64,000 nucleotides of DNA, taken from NCBI GenBank assembly GCA_965204745.1, contig OZ242010.1, positions 4,352,001 through 4,416,000 on the forward strand. Direction: 5' to 3'. The notes beneath the pieces are model-generated. The model did not search any database and was not told the DNA's origin. It was given only the letters and a program-made list of their open reading frames with translations. Shown one piece after another: positions 56,201 to 64,000 of the stretch (positions are counted from its first letter, which is position 1; every line of letters begins with the position of its first letter). The translations under genes and the position numbers were made by a program. The DNA comes from Candidatus Latescibacterota bacterium. Lineage in GTDB: Bacteria; Latescibacterota; UBA2968.

Positions 56201-59200
56201 CAGTTGGGGTAGTCGTCGCCGGCATCTACGCTCCCGCTACCATTGGAGTCAAAGTCCAAGTTGTTCATCAACTCGTAGCCGGTGCAGGTGGCCGGGCAAC
56301 CCATGCCCGTGGCGGCGTTGGGGAATGCGGTGGTGTAGTTCGTCCAGTCGCTGGCACTGACGCTGCCTTGTGCGCCATCGCCATCGAGGTCATAGCGAAT
56401 GGCATTCAGTTGTGCCAAGGTGGTGATGTCAATCAAGTTATCGTTGTCCGTATCGTAGCCGGACCCGTCATCATCGGTGATCGTCCCGGTGCCGGTGAGG
56501 GTCGTGACCTCGCCGGTGAGGGTCGCATTGACAGGATTGCTCAACTCGACGACCACGGTCTCATTTAGCTCGATGGCGTCGTCACCGCGGACAGTCACGG
56601 CAATGGTATCGCTCGTCACGCCAGCCGCTAAGGTCAGCGTACCAGCAGTGATTGCTGTGTAGTCCGTGCCCGAAGTCGCGGTCCCGCTACCCGCGTCCTC
56701 ATAGCCCACCGTCACTTGCTGACCACTGACCGCGCTCAACGTCACGATGAACTCAAGAGACGCCGTCTCCGTATCGTCGCCCTCGGCCACACTCGGAGAA
56801 CTAATACTCAGCGTCGGCGCGCCATCATCGTCCATCAGCGTCAAATCAGCCCCGGTCACACTGCCCACGCCTTGGTCGTTGATCGCCACACCAGACACGG
56901 TCACGCTACGATCAGCCTCGTCTTGGGCGTTGTCCACCGCAGTGATGACCACCGTGTCCGACGCGTTCGCCGTTTGACCGGCTGCGATGGCAATCGTCGA
57001 ATCCGCCCCCACCGTGTAAGCACCAGCCACAGGGCGCACCGTGATCGTCGTCGCCTCGCTCGATGGGTGTGCCAGCGTCGCCGTCACCGTCGAAACACCG
57101 CCGTTCTCCGAGATCGACGCGGGCATCAGTGCCAACGTCACTATCGCGGGTTGTAGCGTAAATTGCGCGGTGGTGTCCAGGCCGGCATACTTCAACACGG
57201 GGTACTGATTCGTCGCGCCAAAGTACCACGGATCGTCGTTGCCCGCTTGCCCGTCCAGATTCAGGTTCCAGTCGGCATAGATGCTACCGGCGGTATAGTC
57301 GGTGATGCTTTGGAGGGCACTGGTGGTTTGAGCGCCAGTGGTGCTACTGCTGGTTCCAGCGGTGGTGGTCTGCCCGGTGGTTTGGGTGTCCCAGTAGCTG
57401 TTGGTCATCGGCGTGGCTGAACCATCCTGTACTCCCGCCAGGCCGCCGGTGTCTGTGATGCCGGTGCTGGTGCTGGAAACAGCGCCGATAGCATAGACAG
57501 CACTTATCGAGTTGGCGTCATTGACCATCACGCGGCCTATCAGACCGCCCGCTTTGACGCCGGTGCCACTACCAGAAACGTTCCCGGTCGCGTAGCTGGC
57601 GCGCAGGTATTCGCCACTATCAATCTCTATATATCCTGTCAGGCCGCCCATGTTGAGGCTTTGGACGTCGGTGGCACCGGTGCCGGTGCCACTACCGGAA
57701 ACATTCCCGGTCGCGTAGTTGGCGAAGCTGGGACCAGCCATTTTCCCTGTCAGGCCGCCCACGACGCCTCTACTGTCCCCGGAAACGTTCCCAGTCGCGT
57801 AGCTGACGCTGATCTGACCTTCGTTCCTACCGATCAGGCCGCCGACGGCAATCAGGCCGATACCGGTACCGGTACTGGTGACCGTCCCAGTGGCGTAGGT
57901 GGTATCGACAGTACCGCCAGCATCGGATTTCCCGATCAGGCCGCCGATATTAAGCGAATAGTTGTTCGTTCCGGCCAAATTGCAGGTGGCGTAGCTGTCG
58001 CGGACGGTGCCATCGGAGTAGCCCAACAGACAGCCGATATGGCTGGTACTGGTACTGCTGGTAGTGTGGGTTACAGAGCCGCCGGCAACGTGGCTCCCGC
58101 GCACCGTGCCGCCGCTACTGAGGCGCCCCGCCAGAGCACCGGTTCGACCATCGCTCGCACCGGTGCGGGTGTTGGTGATATTCACGTCCTCCAAGCCCAC
58201 ATCTCTAATCGTGCCGGTGACATTGCCGAACAGACCGACGAAACCGCCGCCGGTGGCGGTGCTGGTGCTCAAATTGATAAACAAGTTGGAAATGGTGTTG
58301 TCATTGCCATCAAAGATGGCAGAGAAGACGGTTGCAGCACCGCTGGCGTCAACACCGATGGCCGTCCAGCCGGCACCGCTGTTCCAGTAGGCGCCGCCGT
58401 GGTCGTTGGCGTCCACGGTACCGCTGTTGTCGCTGTCGAAGTCCAAGTTGTTCATCAGTTCGTAGCCGGTGCAGGTGGCCGGGCAACCCATGCCCGAGGC
58501 GGCGGCGGGAAAGGCGGCGTTGTAGTTCATCGTATCACTATCGGCTACGGCGCCATCGCCATTGAGGTCATAGCGAATGGCATTCAGTTGCGCCAAGGAG
58601 GTGACATCAATCAGGTTGTCGTTGTCCGTGTCGTAGTCAATTTGGTCATCATCTCTAATCGTTCCGGTGCCGGTGAGGGTTGTGGCCCCGCCGCTGAGGG
58701 TCGCATTGCTCGGACTGCTCAGCGTCACGATCACGGTCTCATTCGGCTCATTGGCGTCGTCACCGGTGACGGACACGGCAAGGGTATCGCTCGTCACGCC
58801 CGCCGCTAAGGTCAGCGTGCCGGCAGTGATTGCCGTGTAGTCCGTGCCCGAAGTCGCGGTCCCGGTGCCCGCGTCCTCATAGCCCACCGTCACTACCTTC
58901 GTACTCGCCGCACTCAACGAGACGATGAACTCAAGCGACGCCGTCTCCGTATCGTCGCTCTCATCCACACTCGCATCAGCAATACTCAACGTCGGCTCGT
59001 CGTCATCATCGGTGATCGTTCCGGTGCCGGTGAGGGTTGAACCACCGCCGGTGAAGGTCGCATTGCTCGGAGTGCTCAGCGTCACGATCACGGTCTCATC
59101 ATCCTCATCAAGGGCATCGCCAAGGACGGACACGGCAAGGGTATCACTCGTCACGCCAGCCGCAATCGTCAACGTACCGGAAGTAATTTCGGTGTAGTCC

Positions 59201-62200
59201 GTGCCCGAAGTCGCGGTCCCGCTAGTCGCGTCTGCATAGGCCACCGTCACTTGCCGACCACTGACCGCGCTCAACGAGACGATGAACTCAAGCGACGGCG
59301 TGGCGCCAGTGGTACCCTCGTCCACACTCGCATCAGCAATACTCAGCGTCGGCGTCGCGTCATCATCGGTAATCGTTCCGGTGCCGGACGCCGTGCTTAT
59401 CGCCGCATTGCTCGCACTGCTCAGCGTCACGATCACGGTCTCATCATCCTCATCAAGGGCATCGCCGAGGACAGTCACGGCAAGGGTATCGCTCGTCACG
59501 CCAGCCGCTAAGGTCAGCGTGCCAGCAGTGATTGCGGTGTAGTCATCTCCCGAAGTCGCGGTCCCGCTACCCGCGTCCTCATAGTCCACCGTGACTTGCT
59601 GACCACTCGCCTCGTTCAACGTCACGATGAACTCAAGGGATGAGGAACCGCTCCCCTCGGTCACAGTCGGAGAACTAATACTCAGCCTCGGCACGCCGTC
59701 ATCATTGGTGATCGTTCCGGTGCCGGTGAGGGTCGTGCCCCCGCCGCTGAAGGTCGCATTGCCCGCACTGCTCAACTCAACGACCACGGTCTCATCCGGC
59801 TCGTTGGCATCGTCACCGGTGACGGACACGGCAAGGGTATCGCTCGTCACGCCAGCCGCTAACGTCAGCGTGCCGGAAGTGATTGCCGTGTAGTCCGTGC
59901 CCGAAGTCGCGGTCCCGCTAGTCGCGTCCGCATAGCCCACCGTTACTACCTTCCCACTCGCCGCGCTCAACGAGACGATGAACTCAAGCGACGGCGTCTC
60001 CCCAGCGTCACCCTCGGTCACACTCGCATCAGCAATACTCAACGTCGGCTCGTCGTCATCATCGGTGATCGTTCCGGTGCCGGTGAGGGTTGCGTTCCCG
60101 CCGCTGAAGGTCGCATTGCTCGCACTGCTCAACTCGACGATCACGGTCTCATTCTCCTCATCGAGGACATCGCCAAGGACAGACACGGCAAGGGTATCAC
60201 TCGTCACACCAGCCGCAATCGTCAACGTACCGGAAGTAATTTCGGTGTAGTCTGTGCCCGAAGTCGCGGTCCCGCTAGTCGCGTCCGCATAATCCACCGT
60301 CACTTGCCGACCACTGACCGCGCTCAACGAGACGATGAACTCAAGCGACGGCGTGGCGCCAGTGGTGCCCTCGGCCACACTCGGAGAATCAATACTCAGC
60401 GTCGGCGTCGCGTCATCATCGGTGATCGTTCCGGTGCCGGTCGCCGTGCTTATCACCGCATTGACCGCATTGCTCAACTCGACGATCACGGTCTCATTAT
60501 CCTCATCGAGGGCATCGGCGAGGACTGATACGGCAAGGGTATCGCTCGTCACGCCAGCCGCAATCGTCAGCGTGCCAGACGCAAGGGCAGTGTAGTCCGC
60601 TCCCGGCGTCGCGGTCCGACCCGTAGCGGTTTCCGCATAGTCCACCGTAACTTGCAGACCACTCGCCGCGTTCAACGTCACGACGAACTCAAGGGATGAG
60701 GAACCGCTCCCCTCGGCCACAGTCGGAGAACTAATACTCAGCCTCGGCACGCCGTCATCATTGGTGATCGTTCCGGTGCCGGTAAGGGTCGTGGCCCCGC
60801 CGGTGAAGGTCGCATTGCTCGGATTGCTCAGCGTCACGACCACAGTCTCATCCGGCTCGTTGGCGTCGTCACCGGTGACGGACACGGCAAGGGTATCGCT
60901 CGTCACGCCAGCCGCTAAGGTCAGCGTGCCGGCAGTGATTGCCGTGTAGTCCGTGCCCGAAGACGCGGTCCCGCTAGTCGCATCCACATAATCCACCGTC
61001 ACTACCTTCCCACTCGCCGCGCTCAACGAGACGATGAACTCAAGCGACGGCGTCTCCCCAGCGTCACCCTCGGTCACACTCGCATCAGCAATACTCACCA
61101 CCGGCGGGTCGTCATCATCGGTGATCGTTCCGGTACCGGTGAGGGTTGCGTTCCCGCCGCTGAAGGTCGCATTGCTCGCACTACTCAGCGTCACGATCAC
61201 GGTCTCATCATCCTCATCGAGGACATCGCCAAGGACAGTCACGGCAAGGGTATCGCGCGTCACGCCAGCCGCTAAGGTCAGCGTGCCGGAAGTGATTGCC
61301 GTGTAGTCCGTGCCCGAAGACGCGGTCCCGCTAGTCGCGTCCGCATAATCCACCGTCACTTGCCGACCACTGACCGCGCTCAACGAGACGATGAACTCAA
61401 GCGACGGCGTGGCGCCAGTGGTGCCCTCGGCCACACTCGCAGAAGCAATACTCAGCGTCGGCGTCGCGTCATCATCGGTGATCGTTCCGGTGCCGGTCGC
61501 CGTGCTGATCGTCGCATTGACCGCATTGCTCAACTCGACGACCACGGTCTCATTCTCCTCATCGAGGGCATCGGCGAGGACTGATACGGCAAGGGTATCG
61601 CGCGTCACGCCAGCCGCAAACGTCAGCGTGCCGCCAGTGATTGCCGTGTAGTCCGCTCCCGGCGTCGCGGTCCGACCCGTAGCGGTTTCCGCATAGTCCA
61701 CCGTGACTTGCTGACCACTCGCCGCGCTCAACGTCACGATGAACTCGAGGGATGAGGAACCGCTCCCCTCGGTCACAGTCGGAGAACTAATACTCAGCGT
61801 CGGCACGCCATCATCATTGGTGATCGTTCCGGTGCCGGTCGCCGTGCTTATCGTCGCATTGCTCGGATTGCTCAGCGTCACGATCACAGTCTCATTCGGC
61901 TCGTTGGCGTCGTCACCGGTGACGGATACGGCAATGGTATCGCTCGTCACACCCGCAGCAAACGTCAATGTGCCAGAATCAAGGGCAGTGTAGTCCACCC
62001 CCGGCGTCGCGGTCCGACCCGTAGCGGTTTCCGCATAGTCCACCGTCACTTGCCGACCACTGACCGCGCTCAACGTGACGATGAACTCAAGCGACGCTGT
62101 CTCCGTCGCGTCGCTCTCATCCACACTCGGAGAACCAATACTCAGCGTCGGCGGGTCATCATCATCGGTTAGCGTCAAATTCGCGTAGGGCAAACCGCCC

Positions 62201-64000
62201 ACGCCTTGGTCGTTGACCGCCCAATGGGACACGAGCACGATGCGATTAGGCTCGTCGTCTTGGGCGTTGTCCACCGCCGTGATGACCACCGTGTCCGACG
62301 CGTTCGTCGTGTCCCCGGCTACAATGACAATCGTCGAATCAGCCGCCACCGTGTAGGTGTTGCCCAAGAGGGGACGCACCGTGATCGTTGTCGCCGCGCT
62401 CGACGGACGCGACAGCGTCGCGCTCACCGTGCTCACGCCGCCGTTTTCCGAAATCGACGCGGGTGACAGCGACAGCCTCACGTCCGGCGCGGCGTCATCG
62501 TCTGTGATCGTCAGGGTCCTGGAAGCCAGCGATGCCACATCGTCGCCTGCCACCGTTCCAGACACGCCTAAGCGCTTGGCCGGTGCATCGGTCGTGTTGT
62601 TCACCGCCGTGATGACCACCGTGTCCGACGCGTTCGTCGTGTCCCCGGCCGCAATGGTGATCGTCGAATCCGACCCCACCGTGTAAGCACCGGTCACCGG
62701 GCGCACCGTGATTGTTGTCGCATCACTCGATGGATGCGACAGCGTCGCGCTCACCGTCGAAACACTACCAGCCTCAGAAATCGACATGGGCGACAGTGCC
62801 AATGTCACCGTCGGTTTATCCAGCGCGAGGCCATAGGGCGTAGTCAATCCTGTGGTGATGAGGTCTTCGACATTGGAGCCATTGAGGTCGGCACGCTGAA
62901 TCTTATCTGTGCCACTGTCCGTCCAGTACATCTTTCCGCCCCCCACATCCAGCGCGATGGCCTCTATCCCACTCAATCCTGTGGTGATGAGGTCTTCGAC
63001 ATTGGAGCCATCGAGGTCGGCACGCTGAATCTTAGCCGGGATCTGGTCCATCCAGTACATCTTTCCGCCCCCCACATCCAGCGCGAGGCCCCATGGCCTA
63101 TCCAATCCTGTGGTGATGAGGTCTTCGACATTGGAGCCATCGAGGTCGGCACGCTGAATCTTATTCGTGCCACTGTCCGTCCAGTACATCTTTCCGCCCC
63201 CCACATCCAGCGCGATGGCCCATGGCGTTCTCAATCCTGTGGTGATGAGGTTTTCGAAATTGGAGCCATTGAGGTCGGCACGCTGAATCCTACTCGTGCG
63301 ACTGTCCGTCCAGTACATCTTGCCGCCCCCCACATCCAGCGCGATGCCATATGGCCTACTCAATCCGCTGATGAGGTCTTCGACATTGGAGCCATCGAGG
63401 TCGGCACGCTGAATCTTATTCGTGCCATAGTCCGTCCAGTACATCTTGCCGCCCCCCACATCCAGCGCGATGCCAAATGGATTATTCAATCCTGTGGTGA
63501 TGAGGTCTTCGACATTGGAGCCATCAAGGTCGGCACGCTGAATCTTATTCGTGCCATAGTCCGCCCAGTACATCTTGGGCGCGTCATCGTCTTCCAGCGT
63601 CAAAGCCGCACCGATCACACTGCCCAGGCCATGGTCGTTGCGTGCCACACCGGACACGGTCACGGCGCGATTAACCTCGTATTGACCGTTGTCCACCGCC
63701 GTGATCGCTACCGTGTCCGACGCGTTCGTCGTGTCCCCGGCCGCGATGGTGATCGTCGAATCCTGTCCCACCGTGTAGGCATTGGCTAAGGGACGCACCG
63801 TGATCGTTGTCGCCGCGCTCGACGGATGCGACAGCTTCGCGCTCACCGTGCTCACGCCGCCGTTTTCCGAAATCGACGCGGGTGACAGCGACAGCGTCAC
63901 GACCAGCGTGGCGTCATCATTGGTGATCGTCCCGGTACCGGTCGCCGTGCTTATCGTCGCATTGACCGCATTGCTCAACTCAACGACCACGGTCTCATTT
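53236..64000 (-). CDS. Giant adhesin-like protein (>3580 aa, start outside the window): YWTD propeller, Calx-beta array, two GLUG-like modules, shared C-terminus
   Basis: Six KMYW(T)D...IQRADL(D/N)GS repeats at ~62815-63580; about ten ~117-aa Calx-beta units at 58640-62160; GLUG modules at ~54960-56460 and ~57130-58640. Confidence 0.92.
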   Translation of the reverse strand, partial: NETVVVELSNAVNATISTATGTGTITNDDATLVVTLSLSPASISENGGVSTVSAKLSHPSSAATTITVRPLANAYTVGQDSTITIAAGDTTNASDTVAITAVDNGQYEVNRAVTVSGVARNDHGLGSVIGAALTLEDDDAPKMYWADYGTNKIQRADLDGSNVEDLITTGLNNPFGIALDVGGGKMYWTDYGTNKIQRADLDGSNVEDLISGLSRPYGIALDVGGGKMYWTDSRTSRIQRADLNGSNFENLITTGLRTPWAIALDVGGGKMYWTDSGTNKIQRADLDGSNVEDLITTGLDRPWGLALDVGGGKMYWMDQIPAKIQRADLDGSNVEDLITTGLSGIEAIALDVGGGKMYWTDSGTDKIQRADLNGSNVEDLITTGLTTPYGLALDKPTVTLALSPMSISEAGSVSTVSATLSHPSSDATTITVRPVTGAYTVGSDSTITIAAGDTTNASDTVVITAVNNTTDAPAKRLGVSGTVAGDDVASLASRTLTITDDDAAPDVRLSLSPASISENGGVSTVSATLSRPSSAATTITVRPLLGNTYTVAADSTIVIVAGDTTNASDTVVITAVDNAQDDEPNRIVLVSHWAVNDQGVGGLPYANLTLTDDDDPPTLSIGSPSVDESDATETASLEFIVTLSAVSGRQVTVDYAETATGRTATPGVDYTALDSGTLTFAAGVTSDTIAVSVTGDDANEPNETVIVTLSNPSNATISTATGTGTITNDDGVPTLSISSPTVTEGSGSSSLEFIVTLSAASGQQVTVDYAETATGRTATPGADYTAITGGTLTFAAGVTRDTLAVSVLADALDEENETVVVELSNAVNATISTATGTGTITDDDATPTLSIASASVAEGTTGATPSLEFIVSLSAVSGRQVTVDYADATSGTASSGTDYTAITSGTLTLAAGVTRDTLAVTVLGDVLDEDDETVIVTLSSASNATFSGGNATLTGTGTITDDDDPPVVSIADASVTEGDAGETPSLEFIVSLSAASGKVVTVDYVDATSGTASSGTDYTAITAGTLTLAAGVTSDTLAVSVTGDDANEPDETVVVTLSNPSNATFTGGATTLTGTGTITNDDGVPRLSISSPTVAEGSGSSSLEFVVTLNAASGLQVTVDYAETATGRTATPGADYTALASGTLTIAAGVTSDTLAVSVLADALDEDNETVIVELSNAVNAVISTATGTGTITDDDATPTLSIDSPSVAEGTTGATPSLEFIVSLSAVSGRQVTVDYADATSGTATSGTDYTEITSGTLTIAAGVTSDTLAVSVLGDVLDEENETVIVELSSASNATFSGGNATLTGTGTITDDDDEPTLSIADASVTEGDAGETPSLEFIVSLSAASGKVVTVGYADATSGTATSGTDYTAITSGTLTLAAGVTSDTLAVSVTGDDANEPDETVVVELSSAGNATFSGGGTTLTGTGTITNDDGVPRLSISSPTVTEGSGSSSLEFIVTLNEASGQQVTVDYEDAGSGTATSGDDYTAITAGTLTLAAGVTSDTLAVTVLGDALDEDDETVIVTLSSASNAAISTASGTGTITDDDATPTLSIADASVDEGTTGATPSLEFIVSLSAVSGRQVTVAYADATSGTATSGTDYTEITSGTLTIAAGVTSDTLAVSVLGDALDEDDETVIVTLSTPSNATFTGGGSTLTGTGTITDDDDEPTLSIADASVDESDDTETASLEFIVSLSAASTKVVTVGYEDAGTGTATSGTDYTAITAGTLTLAAGVTSDTLAVSVTGDDANEPNETVIVTLSSPSNATLSGGATTLTGTGTIRDDDQIDYDTDNDNLIDVTSLAQLNAIRYDLNGDGAVADSDTMNYNAAFPAAASGMGCPATCTGYELMNNLDFDSDNSGTVDANDHGGAYWNSGAGWTAIGVDASGAATVFSAIFDGNDNTISNLFINLSTSTATGGGFVGLFGNVTGTIRDVGLEDVNITNTRTGASDGRTGALAGRLSSGGTVRGSHVAGGSVTHTTSSTSTSHIGCLLGYSDGTVRDSYATCNLAGTNNYSLNIGGLIGKSDAGGTVDTTYATGTVTSTGTGIGLIAVGGLIGRNEGQISVSYATGNVSGDSRGVVGGLTGKMAGPSFANYATGNVSGSGTGTGATDVQSLNMGGLTGYIEIDSGEYLRASYATGNVSGSGTGVKAGGLIGRVMVNDANSISAVYAIGAVSSTSTGITDTGGLAGVQDGSATPMTNSYWDTQTTGQTTTAGTSSSTTGAQTTSALQSITDYTAGSIYADWNLNLDGQAGNDDPWYFGATNQYPVLKYAGLDTTAQFTLQPAIVTLALMPASISENGGVSTVTATLAHPSSEATTITVRPVAGAYTVGADSTIAIAAGQTANASDTVVITAVDNAQDEADRSVTVSGVAINDQGVGSVTGADLTLMDDDGAPTLSISSPSVAEGDDTETASLEFIVTLSAVSGQQVTVGYEDAGSGTATSGTDYTAITAGTLTLAAGVTSDTIAVTVRGDDAIELNETVVVELSNPVNATLTGEVTTLTGTGTITDDDGSGYDTDNDNLIDITTLAQLNAIRYDLDGDGAQGSVSASDWTNYTTAFPNAATGMGCPATCTGYELMNNLDFDSNGSGSVDAGDDYPNWTAIGVDASGAATVFSAIFDGNDNTISNLFINSSTSTATGGSFVGLFGDVSGTIRDVGLLDVNITNTRTATGTNFGRTGALAGKLSAGGTVRGSYIAGGSVTHTTGSGSFGYIGCLLGYSNGTISDSYATCNVVGTNNNVLNLGGLIGESDVSGSVDSTYATGTVTSSGPGSDVVTAGGLIGYSTVRVSVSYATGNVTATGRGRVGGLIGRMGGSSFANYATGNVSGSGTGTGATTIQSLKVGGLMGEINLDGGEYLRASYATGNVSGSGTGVKAGGLTGRVQVNDANSITAVYAIGAVSNTSTGTTATGGLAGEQGGSATPMTNSYWDTQTTGQTTTAGTSSSTTGAQTTSALQSITGYTVGSIYADWNLNLDGQAGNDDPWNFGATNQYPVLKYAGLDATAQFTLQPAVVTLALMPVSISENGGVSTVTATLAYPSSAATTITVRPVAGAYAVGADSTIAIAAGQMANASDTVVITAVDNAQDELDRSVTVSGMARNDQGVGSVTGADLTLTDDDAAPTVTMAVAPASILENGAISTVTATLSHPSSAATTITVSVTPVQPAVAGDYTLSTADTLIVAAGQTTSTGTVTITTVDNAVTSGNKTVTVSSTVGNSVGAGSVTDATLTIIDDEAAQVTLVLSPSSISENAEVSTITATLDRTVAVATTITVSAEAVSPAEASDFTLSGATTLTIAANVATSTGTVTITAVNNTTDAPDKRVTVSATVAGGNMAVLSSSETLTITDDDQAPDVTLVLTPSSISENAEVSTVSATLSHPSSAITTITVSAEAVSPATASDFTLSSADTLIIAASETTSTGTVTITAADNDARADEKTVTVSATANNTQGITAPAPVTLTITDDETPSANLDVDGDGRVRLFSDIILVIRYVLFFREEALLRGNVIEQQATRTTAQQIEPYLDILVNQNILDVDGDGDVRLFSDIILIIRYVLFFREDALVRGNVIEQQATRTTAQEIEPFIRSLYPDSHFE

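Overview
A high-GC bacterial chromosome segment. Dockerin-like C-termini, YWTD/Calx-beta adhesins, sulfatases and coxS/L suggest a Gemmatimonadota/Latescibacterota-like, possibly sponge-associated organism; this is inference only. Housekeeping content: coxS/coxL-like, purB, rplM-rpsI, rpsB-tsf-frr (no pyrH), aroC, prs, hisI-GNAT fusion, tRNA-Lys(CTT), moaC, guaA and a thiolase. It also holds catabolic enzymes, two small AT-richer accessory patches (AlbA_2/Schlafen-like gene; HEPN-like + DUF2283 + N4C-type MTase) and two large surface proteins sharing a ~1.5 kb C-terminal block. Main observations: (1) intergenic 7/14-bp tandem tracts act as landing pads. A complete IS110 element sits in one, and its predicted bridge-RNA guides read the repeat unit itself. 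An IS5-derived MITE sits in register in another. (2) An IS607 element with a rearranged-RuvC, Zn-finger-less TnpB is inserted in the GG of the rpsI Shine-Dalgarno and rebuilds it. (3) An unexplained ~250-nt structured transcription unit with two SD motifs and an 11-codon ORF lies upstream of rplM. (4) A candidate leaderless His-His attenuator precedes hisI. All calls come from reading the sequence by eye; no searches were run.
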